Positions 10,211 through 23,969 of a stretch of DNA of 64,000 nucleotides are shown here, piece by piece. The notes beneath the pieces are model-generated. The model was not told the DNA's origin. It ran no database searches and saw nothing but the letters and a program-made list of their open reading frames with translations. The position numbers and the translations under genes were made by a program. Within the stretch, counting starts at the first letter, position 1. Every line of letters begins with the position of its first letter. The stretch comes from Dipteris shenzhenensis (lineage: Eukaryota), in the NCBI GenBank assembly GCA_047967505.1, contig CM106538.1; one strand, given 5' to 3'.

Positions 10211-13200
10211 ATAGGAGCATCTTGTTTGCTGTCTTTTAGAGTGTCAAGGAGCCAATGGGGGACCTTTTTGGGCTCCTGTATTTCAGCTCTCTCTTGGTCA
10301 AGATCCCTGTGCACAATATCCTGATCAAGCTAAGGCATATCAGGCTATAGATCATGCTGAATTTCACATGCCACATGTGGCTGCAAATGACCAATAGAAG
10401 GATGAGCAACCTCAGATGTGACATTATCATGAGAGTCTGACAAAAACAATGGCATCAAGCTGTCAAAGAGATCTAGGACATCAACAATGGGCTGTTTTTG
10501 ACAGTCCAGCAAAGGCATAGAGGAAGATTCATTGAACACAACATCCCTACTGACAAAAACCTTGCCCGTGCGGGGCTGGTAGAGCTTGTAGCCCTTGCTC
10601 TTTGAGCTATACCCAATAAAAATGCATTTGACAGCTTTATCATCCAACTTTGTGCGTGTTTGAGAAGGCACATGTGCATATGCCAATCATCCAAAAGTCC
10701 TCATGTAAGAAATCCCGGGCTTATGACCTTTCCAAGCCTCATAAGGTGTGATGGTCTTCAATGTCCTTGTGGACATGCGCTCAAAATGTAATTTGCACAC
10801 ATAACAGCATCCAACCACAACTTGTTGGGCAAGTGCTTGCCTTTCAACATACACCTAGCCATCTCCATGACTGATCTATTCTTTGTCTCAGCCACAGGAT
10901 TCCTGTTGAGGAGTGTAAGACACAAGGCATTGATGATGTATGCCACGTGAGGCCAAAAAATCAGCAAATTCCTTTGACATATATCACCTCCCTTGTCTGT
11001 ATTAATGTGGGTAATTTTGAGCCCTCTTTTACTTCTCTACCAAGGCAATGAAATGTCTAAAGCATGCAAAAACTAAGATTTAGATTTCAAGGCAAAAATC
11101 CAAGTATATCTGGTGAAGTCATCAATGAATGTGACAAAATAACAAAATTCCCCAAGAGTTGCAACCTGCATGGGTCCACAAACATCACTATGAATCAAAT
11201 ACAGCTTGCAAGATGCACCAACTCTCTCATCCGTGGGAAATGCAGAACGGACCATGGTGCATCTTACCAAGCAAGCAAGCTTCACAGACATGCTTTGAAG
11301 GCATATGCATTTTAGGAAGATCAACAACCATACCATGCTTATGTAACTTCACCAGAGCCCCAAAGTTGAGGTGTCCAAACCTCTCATGCTACAAATGAGT
11401 ATCTGCCATGGTAAAAGTATCAACAGCATAGGCATCTGTATTTGCAAGCCTAGCATTATCCAAGCATCTGTCATAGGCATCAAGTCTGTAGAGCCCTCTA
11501 GTCAATGTGCCAGTCATTACCTTGGTAAAGGCATGTGTAGCATCATAGACTGCACACCGAACAGAATGTGATAGCCACAAGTAGCTATGGCTGAAATAGG
11601 GATGAGGTTCTTGCGTATGCTTGGAACATACATCACATTGTCTAGAGTGACTAGATCACCAGAAAGAGAAGTAATGGCAACTTGCCCAATGCGTTTCATT
11701 GTATATGATGCATTATTTGCACATGTAACTGTCCCCCCCTTGGATGCATGCTCAAGTGAGCTGAATAATTTTCGGCAGGAAGTGATGTGTTTGCTAGCAT
11801 TACTATCAAAGAACCATGCATTAGAAACATCAAAAACTGTCGTGGAGGCATCATGAACATCAGGATTATACTGACAAGTAACAAGAAAAGCCCAATGCTG
11901 GTCATGTGCAAAATTAGCTGACTTATGTCGATCATCTGGACTAGGAGAACCAGATACTGCAAGATTAGACTGTTTCTCTTCTTTTCAGATTCAATTCTCT
12001 CCTTGCATTCTGAGATATCATGCCCACGTTTCTTGCAATAGTTGCATCTCTTTTTCTTCTTCTTCTCTCTAGAAGAAGAGGCATCGTGGGAGTGACCAGC
12101 ATGTGTATGAGGGGGCTTACCAACTGAAACCTTGCCTTCGCCCTTATGCTTGATCACTAGCCATAGAAGCATTTCTATTTGCACGGCTTGTTCCTCCTGT
12201 AGTAACAGAGCAACCATTTCTATTTACACTCTCTTCAAGCTTCAAGGCCTTCAACTGCTTGCGGAGATAGGCAACCCTCGCCTCATTCCGCAAATGATAT
12301 AAAGATGCAAGCTGAAGCCTGATCCCATGCTTGATATCCATCCCACCGAATTCGCTCCTGAGTAGGAGGCAAAGTACTCGTAGTGGAAGATGCAGTTGCG
12401 CCAGAAGTAGCATTAGACCCATCACCAGATGAGCCCGAGGCAGTACCAGATGTACCAGAGGCATTACCAAAATCAACAGGTCGAGTAGGCCTGACCTCAG
12501 TGCCTGAAACAATATTCCACAGATTCTTGGCTACCAAAACATGCCCCATCATATAGGCCCACATGGGGTAATTTGTGCCATCAAGCTTGTCCTCAGCCCC
12601 AAGGATCCCAAACAAATCCTCCTTACTGCGAGCGATAGTGCTGAAATTTAAGGCAAAAGCACCAACTGACAATGCAAATGAGAGGAGGGCAACCTCTTAA
12701 AACCAAAAGGCAAATTTATGCTCAAGCTTCAAAGTTTTTTCACTGCAAATGCATGGTTGTCTCAAGGTGTACCTGCTGCAAAAGGATTCGCAAAAGGCAA
12801 CATGAGGCCTTTCCACAATGCCAATGGAGCAAAGAAAGGACTGTTTTGCAGAAATTAGAAGGAACCAATGCAATAGAGGATTACCCAATGATGTAGCCTA
12901 AAAATGCAGCAGAGAAAATGCTCCAAATGTGCCACTGATAGTCACCCTTGGAGGAGAGGTGAAATGGACAGCAAATGGCAATGAGCTGGCTGGAAATGAG
13001 AATTACAGAAAGAAAATGTGCTCCCACGAGGAGGAGAGCACTTCGAAATGAGTTGAGAAGGATCCAATGGAGAGAATCTCGCAGCGCGAGGCAAAGGGAC
13101 AGCAAATGAGAGGCAACGGGCTCAAGGAGAGGTCTTCGGATGGCAGCAGCAAGCTCGAAATGGCATCAAACACCAAGCACAAGCCTCCAAATTAAGAAAT

Positions 13201-13250
13201 TTGTTGAGAAGAAGCTTCAAATGTGACATGACCACGATCGCTCTTACCTG
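10211..13250 (-). mobile_element. Degenerate Copia B (gag, protease, GAG-pre-integrase, integrase); RT, RNase H and both LTRs not seen
   Basis: DKLDGTNYPMW gag, CNYCKKRGHDISEC knuckle, [20 protein letters not shown] integrase, KLDDKAVKCIFIGY; many frameshifts. Confidence 0.85.
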
Positions 13251-14214
13251 CACACAAGCTCAAACCAACGATCATAGAACCACAAAGAACGGCGCAGGCA
13301 TGCTCACCATCCAACCATGATGCTCATGGGTCCAGGCATCCCCCCGAGCCATAGGTTGGGTTGGGTGCACGAACATCTACATCCAACCAGTCCACAACCT
13401 CTTGGCGTCCCATACCACTAGAAGGCGTCCATAGGGCCTTAGGATTGCGCTAGGAATCCGGCCTACGCTAGAAAGCAGGTGCGTGTCCGTAACGCGATCC
13501 AGGATCCAGACTAGCAAGGAAGAGCTATCCTATTTCTAACTTGACGTTCATGAAAGCCAAGAATACTCTCAGGCTCGTGTGGTATAAAGGTTAAATTAAG
13601 TGGAGTAACTACGCGATCCTCAGCACCCAACACTTCTTTCAGTCTACTGACATGGAAGACTGGATGAATCCTTGCATGAGGAGGCAAATCTTGTTCATAT
13701 GCATGAACTTGGCCAATTCTTCGGATAACCTTGAATGGACCATAGTATCTGGGGGATAACTCCCTTACGTGTCCAGTACTGAGAACAAGTATACCATCGT
13801 TCCAATATAAAACTCTCTAGGTGAACTATGTCTATTAGCATAGAATCTGTCCCTGTCTTGGGCACTTCTAATAGACTCCTTGGCAAACTGCAACATCTCT
13901 TGCATATCTTGCAAGAATGTTTTTGTAGCATCATTCTTGATTCCCTTTAATCCGACCATTATTGGAGATTTAGGTTGAAGCCCATAGATAAGCATAACCA
14001 GTACTAGAATGCTTTGCTCTGTTATAAGCAAATTCAACCATGGGTAAGTAGTCTTCCCATGGTGATGCCTCTTGGAAACATATGCTCGAAGCATATCCTC
14101 TAGAAGTTGGTTCACAACTTTCGGCTGACCATCAGACTACCTTTGATGTTTTGGTGTAGTACCTACTTCCAAGTTTCTACTACCTACTACCTTTGATCAT
14201 GATGTTTGGTGTAG

Positions 14215-14610
14215 ACTAAAATGAAAATGTTTAGACTTCACAAGCAGTTGTAGCTTGAATGAAGAGATTTTGGACTACCTTTTGATTAGCCTTCTCCTTT
14301 AGTGCTAGCCTTCATCATGGCTGAGTCTGCCCTTCATCTCCGGAGTGCCGACAGAAACTTAGTACGAAGACTTTGTATGAATGGATGCTCAAGTATGTGT
14401 GGGTGTGTGGATTTGTATGTGTGAGAGCATATTTTTATACTATGGTCTACACCCACTGTTGGGCGCTGATGACGTCAGTGGGGATGTCATAGTAGCTAGT
14501 CCCTGCTATGCATGATGGAACCTTGTGAGTGACTATCATGAGATTGAAACTGCACTATGTTGTGTTTTTAGAGGATGAGTTTGGGAATGTTCCTGGATTC
14601 ATCTAGGTAT
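14215..14610 (+). mobile_element. Family R copy 3, a non-LTR retroposon fragment with a 16-bp TSD
   Basis: ATGATGTTTGGTGTAG at 14199-14214 and 14611-14626. Confidence 0.8.
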
Positions 14611-17600
14611 ATGATGTTTGGTGTAGTATTGATCTATCATTGACACTATGTATCAGAATCCAAATTCCAAATGACTCTGGTCTCCGGAGAAAGTTTGTAG
14701 GTCTATGTCAATGTAATGTGTACAATGTATATCTTTCTAAATGTTTTTGAGTAAAATTAGGGTCACGTATGTTTCAACCCTAGGGGCTGAACCATACTCC
14801 AATCATACTTCCATACTCGTATGACGTATGTGTATGGTAATGTATGGAAAAAATCTATGCTTCCCACTTATTACGAGGAATGTCCAAAGGTTGTAGTAAC
14901 CCTGCACTTCTAAGTCGTTCTGCTTTGGTCACTTGACAAGTATGGCAACCTACAAAATAGTCATGAACAAATTCTCTCATCTTAGGCCAAAAACTATGTT
15001 TCACGAGAGACAGAGTCTTGTATACTCTAGGATGTCCCGCACTAGGTGCATCATGACACTCCCGAAGACTCAGATCCGACACATCTGGTACATAAATTTT
15101 TTCATTTCAAAACAGTAAGCCATTCCGAATCATCCACACTGACCTCCCGTCGCTTGAACCATAGGTGGCACAATCCCTGAGTCCTGATCAATCATATCGG
15201 TACTATCCTGGACCTTCTGCCAATAATGATTGAAATGACTATCAGTTGCACAAAGCCCTCTCAAGGATTGAAATAGGTAAGAGGATATCTCAGTAAATGA
15301 CAAAGCATTCACCATCTTAATCCGACTTAGGGCATCAGTAACACTGTTGAAAGAGCCTTTCCTATACTGAATCTCAAAATCAATATCCTGCATCAACTCA
15401 GCCCATCGAGCCTTCTTGCCCCTCAAATCATCCCCTCAATATACATATCGGATTGATCGATGATTAGTCAACACGACAAATCTAGAACCATACAGGTAAT
15501 GCCTCCGAACCTTGAGAGCATAAACAACTGTATAAAGTTCCTTTTCCATGGTAGGCCAACGATATTGAGTATTATCGAGCTTTTCTCTCTCAAAAGCTAC
15601 AGGTTGGTCCTCTTGGAATAATGCTACCCCGATGGCATAGTCACTTGCATCGGCCTCCAATACATAAGGCTAGGTAGGATTGAGCAATGCTAGAACATGT
15701 GCACTCTTGATACCAATTTTCAAAGTATCGAAAGCCTTGTTCAACTCTTCATTCCAAGTAATAGGTTGTGTAGGCCTACGGCCACGACCCTTCAATACGT
15801 TGGTTAAGGGGGCCTTGATTTTAGAATAATCACGAATTGATTTTCTTAAAAAGACAGTAAATCCTAGGAAAGAACGAAATTGTTTCACTCTCTGAGGTAT
15901 AGGCCAAGTCAAAATCTTTTGAATATGGTCTTCATCAATGCTAACACCCTCACGAGTAATTTGTAGGATCGATTGAGAGAGAGAGAGAGTACAGATAGCA
16001 AAACGAAGCACAAGCCTTAGCCGTCACGTTAAACTTGGATTAGATAATCAAAAACAAAGGTAAAGCCTGTCGAAAGACTTCGAACTTGGTATGAGGAAGT
16101 GCCTTTGTAAACATATCTGCTATGTTGTCCTCTGTGGGAAGATAGGACAACTCTATGTCTCCTGCTGACAACCGCTCCCGAACATAATGATAGTGAACTT
16201 CAATATGCTTTGTACGTGCATGAAACACTGGGTTACGCGCAATGGCCAAAGCACTCTGGCTGTCAGTGTAGACAATAGTGGAGGATGTCTGGCGAATACC
16301 AAGATCTGTAAGTAACTGTCAAAGCCAAACACACTCTACTGTAGTGGTGAAAGCTGCCCTGTACTCAGCCTCACAGCTAGACGTGGCAACTGTTGGTTGC
16401 TTCTTGCTGAGCCAAGAGATACATGAATTGCCAAGCAAAAAACAATTGCCAGTATGTGACACTCTGGTGTCAGAACATCCTGCCCAGTCACTATCCGTGT
16501 AAGCATGCATTGGTAAGTGAACCCTGATCACCATAGAAGAGGGCTAAATCCTGAGTGCCTCTGAGATATTTGAAGACTCTCTTCACTGCTTGCCAATGCT
16601 GTGAACTGGGCATGTGCATGAATCTTCTGAGCTGAGATATTGCATACTGCAAGTCAGGTCTGGTGTGACATAAATAAATAAGGCATCCAACAACTTGCTG
16701 ATAAAGAGTGATATCGCATGGTGGGCTTCCATCATGAGCTGATAATTTGAAGCTAGGGTCCACTGGAGTAGAGATTGGCTTGCAATCCTTAAACTGAAAA
16801 TGATCAAGGAGCTGTCCAATATACTTGGACCGAGACATCATGATACCCCCCTCAACATGAGCAAACTGAATGCCCAAATAATAATGGAGCCGTCCCATGT
16901 CTGACATGTCAAAAATCTGCTGCAAATCAGCCTTGAAAGCTGCAATTTGTTGAGTATCTGGGCCCGTGATGAGCATATCATCCACATATAAAATCAGCAC
17001 TAAAAAATCAGATCCTCTCCCACGGACATAAAGAGTGGGTTCTGTGGGACTATTCTGAAAACCAAGGGATAGTAAGTGTGCATGAATTTTGGCATACCAT
17101 GCCTTGGGTGCCTGCTTCAAACCATAAAGGGCTTTTCTAAGACGGCATACCTTATTTTCAGAATTAACAACCTCAAAGCCAGGAGGTTGTGTGACATAGA
17201 CACTCTCCTGCAGATCCCCATGAAGAAAATCAGTTTTGATGTCAAGCTGGTGCACTTGCCAATGATGATGGACTGCAATGGCAATGACACATCTAATGGT
17301 AGTAATCCTGGATGTGGGAGCGAATGTATCCTCAATGTCAATGCCTTGTTGTTGGGCATACCCTTTTGCAACAAGACGGGCTTTGTATCGATCTATGCTG
17401 CCATCAGATTTCCCTTTTAATTTGTAGACCCACCGCGTTCCAATGGCATGCTTGCCGGGAGGGAGATCTACTAATTCCCATGTGTCATTTTTGGCAATAG
17501 ATTGTAACTGAGCTCTCATTGCATCCATCCACTCTTTGCTGTCAAAAGCATCTTTATGGCATAGAGGCTCTTCATTGCAAGCTGTAGGAAGGAGTGCAAA

Positions 17601-20491
17601 CTCAAGAAAGTGACCATGTTGGCAAAAGGCTGATCTTGTTTGCTGTCCCTCAATGTATCAAGAAGCCATCTGGGAACTTGCCTTTGCTGTCTATTGACAG
17701 CTCTTTCTTCAATGACTGCATCATGAATAGTGGGATCATTTTGTGCCGGAAGAGGAACTTGCAAATCACTTGCAAATCAGCATGAGGTTGTGGCTGATTA
17801 TTGCTTAGTGGAGGGCCTGCAGGAGGCTCATGTTGCTGGTCAAAATCCTCTTCTGATGATGGCAGAGGTAACCAAGATTCAAAGGCATCAAACATGTCAA
17901 CATCTGGCTTTGCCTTGCAGTCCACAAGAGGAGAAGCTGAATGTTAGCAAAGATTACATCTCTACTGACAATAATCTTCCCAGTATTTGGTTGATATAAC
18001 CGATACCCTCTGCTCTCCTGGCTGTAACCAATAAATATGCATTTGATTGTCTTGTCATCAAGCTTATGTCTCAGTTGAGATGGTACATGAACATATGCAA
18101 GAGACCCAAAAACTCTTATGTGTGAAAGTGAAGGCTTCTTGCCTTTCCATGCTTCATAAGGTGTAACAGTCTTCAATGCCCGTGTAGGTGATCTATTCAG
18201 CACATAGTTGGCACACATTACTGCATCAAGCCAAAATTTATTGGGCAAAGACTTGGCCTCAAGCATGCATCTGGCCATCTCCATTGTGGACCTGTTTTTC
18301 CTTTCAGAAACAGGATTCTGCTGAGGAGTGTAAGGAGTAGTGCATGAGTGAATAATGCCGTGTGAAGATAGAAATGCATCAAACTCCTTTGACATATACT
18401 CTCCCCCCCTGTCTGTGTTGAGGGTGACACGCTTGCATCCTGATTCATTCTCAACCATATTCAGCCATCTCTAAAAGCATAAGAAAACTTCAGATTTGGC
18501 TTTTAAAGGATATACCCAGCAATATCTTGTGAAATCATCAATGAGAGTCATGAAATACTTATATCCCCCAATGGCATTTGTCCTCATTGGGCCACAGACA
18601 TCACTGTGTACTAGCTGCAATTTCCTTGTGAGAGTTTTGGGCAATTTTTTTGAAAAGGAAATCGATGCATCTTACCCAAAAGACAACCCTCACACACATG
18701 TTTGGAAACTGTGTGAGTCTGAGGTACATCATTTGCCATCTGCTGTGAATGTATCTTTGCAAGAGCTCTATAATTGAGATGGCCCATTCTCTCATGCCAA
18801 AGATGAGTTTGAGCAAGCTGTGAATCTGAAATTGCAAATGCTTCAATAGAAAGTGCAGTTGAGTGATGATCAAGGTGATAAAGCCCCTTTTGCAAAGTGC
18901 TAGTGAGAACTATGGCATTGTGATCACGAAGATCATAAACTAGGCATCTATAGCCATCAAAAATAACTCTGAAACCTGAAGTGGCAATTGCTGAAATTGA
19001 AATCAAGTTGACTTCAATTCTAGGCACAAAAAGAACATTTGTCAGAGTAACAGGATGGCTTGAAATGGATGTGGGCTGCACATCTCCAATTCCTTTAACA
19101 GCATATGAAGCATTATTAGCACACGTGACAGTCCCCCCTCGAGGTGCATCAGCTAGAATGCATCAGCTTTGGAGGGATCAAATGAGCAATGGACAGCCCA
19201 TGCCCAATCATCCTGAAGAGCATGTGCATGTGAAGCATCTTCTGGCTCATGGGATTCAATAGCATGTGAGGCAGTAATTGTCAATCCTGCTTTCTTTTTC
19301 TCCGAAGCAATGCGCTTTCTGCATTCTGAAATGTCATGTCCAGGCTTGCGACAATAGTTGCATCTTTTCTTCTTTGACTTATCTGCTGTATTTTTAGATG
19401 CATGGGAGGAATTGCAGCTGCTGTGTGCAGATTTTGGCTTGCCCATAGGCTTGGAAGCCTTGCCTCTTCATGTCAGCTGTGAAGCAAATGCATGATCAGG
19501 AATAATGGCTTGTCTATTAGCTCTACTTTGCTCTTCCTGCAAAAGCAAAGTCACTAGCTGATCAAAAGAATAGTGGTCTGGATTACCCATGGCCACTAAT
19601 CGAAGGGTTGTAGCAAACCCTTGGTATGTATCTGGCAGTCCATTCAATGTGGTACTGACAAGCTGTGAATTTGGCACCACCGCATCAATGTTGGCAAGCT
19701 GTTCCATGAGGTCCTTGACCTTTGTCAGGTATGCATCCATAGACTCACCTTCATTCATACTGACTTCTTGTAATTGCCTTCTCAAATATGCAACACGAGC
19801 TTCATTGCAAATCTAATAGAGATATCCCAAGCATCCTTTGCTGTCCTACAAGACCGGATGTGTGGAATAATGATTCTCTTGCATGATAAAGCAATGCATG
19901 AATGTGCATTTGCATCTCTTGCATCCCATCTTGACTGTTCTTGAGTTGGAAGAGCAGCAACAGGTGTGCTAGAGGAAGAGGCATCAGGAGTAGTACCCCC
20001 TGCAGAAGGACCAGCAGTAGAGGCAACCACTGTAGCATTGGCTGGCCTCAGACCAGCCCCAGAAACAATATTCCACAAATGCTTTGCAACAAGAATATGT
20101 TTCATGAGATAAGACCACATCGGATAGTTGGTGCCATCCAACTTATCATCTTCACGAAGAACTCCAAGTAAATCTTGATTGTTCCCAGCCGTAGCAAATG
20201 TGATACCTTGAAAAAGACTTGAAAACCCAAAAGCCTCAAGGCTATCACTGCAAAAAGCTGGTTGTCTAAAAATGACAGCAAATATCTGCAATTTTTCAAC
20301 CCAAATCAAAGGGCAAATGCGAATCTGATCCAAATGTGACTGTGGCAGGCAATGTTCATTGCAAAAACAGCAAATATGGCAAAAACCCCAAATTTAATGA
20401 GGGCAAATAGGCCAAAAAGAGGGCAAATGTAGAAAAGCCCCAAATTTTCCTGAGATTTTGCAAACGTGAGACAATGTATTGTAATCTGAGC

Positions 20492-20555
20492 CAATGTCCT
20501 GCAAAAGTGACTCAATGTCCTGCAAAAGTGACTCAATGTCCTGCAATCTGACCCA
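20492..20555. repeat. 21-bp tandem repeat in the Copia D leader
   Basis: caatgtcctgcaaaagtgact, about 3 copies. Confidence 0.85.
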
Positions 20556-20692
20556 ATGTACTGCAAACAAACAAGAAATTGCAAACCAAATCCCAAAGAA
20601 AATAGCCTCAAGGCTTGCAACTGCAAAATTAGGAGTGCTGTCCACAAATTGTCTGCAAAAGTGCACCAAATCCCGGAGCAAGTATAATGCAA

Positions 20693-21242
20693 GTACAACG
20701 TACAGTGCGGGTATTGAATTGATGTACGGAATCATACGGATATCAGCACGAAATCCAATGTACGGTTGTACGGATGCATGTACTATGTAGTACAGTGTAC
20801 GGAAATACAGTACGGACATGTATGTTGATTGTACGGAATACATGTACGGAGAGCAGTACAGTACCTTGTACGAACAGATACGTAGTGTAGGTACGGATCT
20901 GTACAACTGCTCAAGTACGTAGCTGTATGGTGTACCAAATGCAGGTACCAAACTGTACGGAGTACGACTATACGGTGTGCGATGTATGGCGATGCATATT
21001 CGAATATGTACGGTTATACGATGAAGCAAGTACGACTGTACGATGATGTAGGTACGGAGCAGGCTGTGAGCACGGAAGGTGCACGACGACAGTACGGAGC
21101 AGGTACGGGATGTTCCGTACGGCGAGTGTCCAATGTACGGACGTCTAATGTAGATTGTACGACGCAAGTGAGTACGGAAGCCACGGGTGGAGAACGTACG
21201 GATTCTGAGGCAGGATCTGTACGGACGTCCGTACAGTCGTAC
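20693..21242. repeat. GTAC/GTACGG motif-dense array in the Copia D 5' leader
   Basis: About 35 GTAC in ~550 bp by manual count, about 19 of them as GTACGG. Confidence 0.95.
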
Positions 21243-21906
21243 GGACTATACGGATAAAGGTATAGGGAGCATATGCAAATCCGGGGGTAGAAGACGAGTC
21301 GAACGTGGTTCTGATACCACTGTAGGATCGATTGAGAGAGAGAGAGAGTATAGATAGCAAAACGAAGAACAAGCCTTACCGTCACGTTAAACTTGGATTA
21401 GATAATAAAAAACAAAGGAGTACAAGGTACAAGTACCTAGACCTAGGACTAAGTGTCCTAGGTGTCACATAGGACTAAGTGTCCTATGTGGCCTAAAAGA
21501 CACTAACACTATAAGTGTCTTTATTTATGCCTACAAGGCACATACCATGGCCTATAGGGCATCACTAGAACCACCAGAGAATGGCCTACATAATCTTGTG
21601 TCCTAAGTAAATGATATGTTTCATGAAGAAATCACATTTACTAACCTTAGCATACAGCTTATTCTGTCTTAATAGAATTAAGACAATCCTAAGATGAGCA
21701 ATATGATCCTCTTGAGTCTTGCTGTAAACTGAGATATCATCCAAGAACACAACATCAAACTTGCTCAAGAACTCAGAAGAAGTCATTCATTATCTGTTGG
21801 AAAGTCACGGGAGCATTGGTCAATCCAAAAGGTAATACAAGAAACTCGTAATGACCATTCCTAGTCCAAAAGGTTGTCCTTTCAATATGTTTTACATAAA
21901 TACGAA

Positions 21907-22150
21907 TCTGATGGTTGCCTGTCCATAAGTCAATCTTAGTGAAATGCCTCGCTCTAGCTTATCTGTCTATTAAGTCATTAGCACGAGGGAGAGGATACTT
22001 ATTCTTAACCGTGATTTTATTCAATCTAAGTCTGATGGTTGTTTGTCTGTAAGTCAATCTTAGTGAAATGCCTCGCTCTAGCTAATCTGTCTATTAAGTC
22101 ATTAGCACGAGGGAGAGGATACTTATTCTTAACCGTGATTTTATTCAATC
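21907..22150. repeat. 120-bp tandem duplication (4-bp spacer) inside the Gypsy C RT
   Basis: 21907-22026 and 22031-22150; the 124-bp period shifts the frame. Confidence 0.9.
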
Positions 22151-23969
22151 ATTTATAATCCGCACACATTCTTCAAGTTCCATCCTTCTTCTTCCTCAGA
22201 AGAACGGGAGCACCCTAGGGTGATCTGCTTGGTCGTATATACCCCAACTTCAAGTATTCTTGAAGTTGCTGAGCTAATTCGTCCTCCTCTAACGGGCTCA
22301 TCCTATAAGGTGGTATACTTATAGGCTGAGAACCAGGGACTAAATCTATGGGATGGTCTACTGCCCGTCTGGAGGCAAGCCTACCGGCAGTTGTTCGGGT
22401 ACTACTTCACTAAAATCATTCAACAACTTCTTTAATTCAATATGTTTAACGACACTTAATCATTTGCATCAGACGCAGATACAACAAATGAAGAAAATGG
22501 AATTAAAACACATTGAAATACATCACACAAAGTTGTTTGTAATATATTTCGAACTTCAATCGCATTTACAAGAGGTCCCTCGGAGGGATGTATTCATCAC
22601 ACTGTATCAAAAGTTGGGTGACCCCGTACAAAAGAGAAAGGGTATGAGCTTCCCAATCAAATTGGACATGATGTGTTTTAAACCATTCAATGCCCAACAA
22701 TAAGTCTACATGATCCAAGTGCAAAACATAGCACTCCAAAATATCATCATAGGCTTGAATCCGGACGGAAAGTCGATCCACCTTGCGATCCCTAAACTTC
22801 TTTGCTTTTGGAAGCTGCTCCTCGTAGGTGTGATCACTAGGCGTTGTAATTAGTTGTAGCTTCTGCACAAGTTTGTGGTTAACAAAGTTGTGAGAACTAC
22901 TTGGGTAAAAAAGAATGTGAATCCGGGTCCCCTGGATCTCACCATAAGCCTGGTAGAGATCATGGGAACAGTGAATTAGTAAAAGAACAATCACTAGAAT
23001 GAGGCTTGGTGAGAACATTGACACATATACTTGTCAAAGTAGTCAGAGCGACTGTCTTTGACTTCGTTGGTTGTCCTTTGATCTTTGGTGTAGGTCCTTG
23101 TGAGGCTTCGGGCCTCTTCGGACAATCAACCGGAGTATGCCCTTGCTCCTCACAAATGAAGCATTGCCCTTCCTTTTGAAGCCGAAGCGAACGGAGGAAG
23201 TGCTCCTTGCTATTCTTGGTGGATTTATAATTCTTCTGAGAAGGAAGATTAGAAGATCTCACATCTCGAGTGCTAGTAGCTGCATTGAAGAACTTTCTCT
23301 TGTTCTTCCCCTAGGTTTCGGGTGTAGTCAACTTCTTGGTGGAGGCCATCGTATCATCATAAATGCGCGCTAAATGTATGGCCTCCTTCAGGGTTGAGCT
23401 CTTATTGTTCTTTACCTGCAACCTATAGGAATCGAGCAAGCGGGCCACAAAGAAACCCAAAAGGGTCACATGATCCATCTTTGTAGCGTGGGTTTGAAGG
23501 TCACGGAATTTTTGGATATAGGTCTCAAAAGGGAGGCTCTGTTTGGTCATATCCAAGGCCTTAAACTTGGCCACGATGTCATAATCATCTTCCTTTTTTA
23601 GAAACTCAGTTCTAAAGGCGTCTTTGAAGTCTGCCCAGGTGGATGGCTGAGGCCACAATTCCTTCCACCAGAGTAGAGCCTTCTCGGCTAGATATCCAAC
23701 CGCTAACTGGATGCGCTTGTCTTGTGGGTAGGGGTGAAAATTGAAGTGGACCTGCCATTTATGCAGCCAGGTATCCACAACCTCTTTCTTGCGATCCTTT
23801 TTCTCCCCCGAGAATGTCCCGTGTATGTATGCGAATCTAATGATATCTGCTCTTGATGTCAATATGCTGAAGATTGTATCACTTCCCAGCCTGTGTTGCT
23901 CTTGATATCTGCTCTGTGTTGCTCTGTGTTGCTCTTGATGTCAATATGCTGAAGATTTTCATAGCTCTC

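Larger units (their letters stand above)
15962..21590 (-). mobile_element. Copia D inserted in the RT of Gypsy C; 3' LTR internally truncated
   Basis: 5' LTR 21321-21590 (TGTAGG...CCTACA); 3' LTR remnant 15962-16060; TSD TAATT/TAATC; PBS 21308-21319; gag-PR-INT-RT (LILYVDDML)-RH ([18 protein letters not shown]) with frameshifts. Confidence 0.95.
13525..23870 (-). mobile_element. Degenerate Ty3/Gypsy C (chromovirus-like), interrupted by R copy 3 and Copia D
   Basis: gag 23311-23862; CFICEEQGHTPVDCP knuckle; protease ~22566-22960; RT split at YLGHKI|TREGV; RNase H MEADASDYAIG...EKELY; integrase zinc finger CHDAPSAGH...CHTC; EPESIL chromodomain-like start ~13530-13590; no LTRs seen. Confidence 0.85.

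Noticed and set aside
14460-14610. Hammerhead or HDV-like ribozyme in family R (CTGATGA ... GAAAC)
   Set aside because: I could not build stems I-III around the core or an HDV double pseudoknot, and copy 4 has CAGATGA. An Infernal search would settle it.
14570-14610. Helitron 3' end (hairpin plus CTAG) for family R
   Set aside because: CTAG overlaps the hairpin, is not followed by T, and copy 3 has a 16-bp TSD, which Helitrons do not make.
20394-21167. 257-aa ORF upstream of Copia D gag
   Set aside because: It starts at TTG, has no recognisable motif, and GTAC-rich sequence is naturally poor in stop codons.
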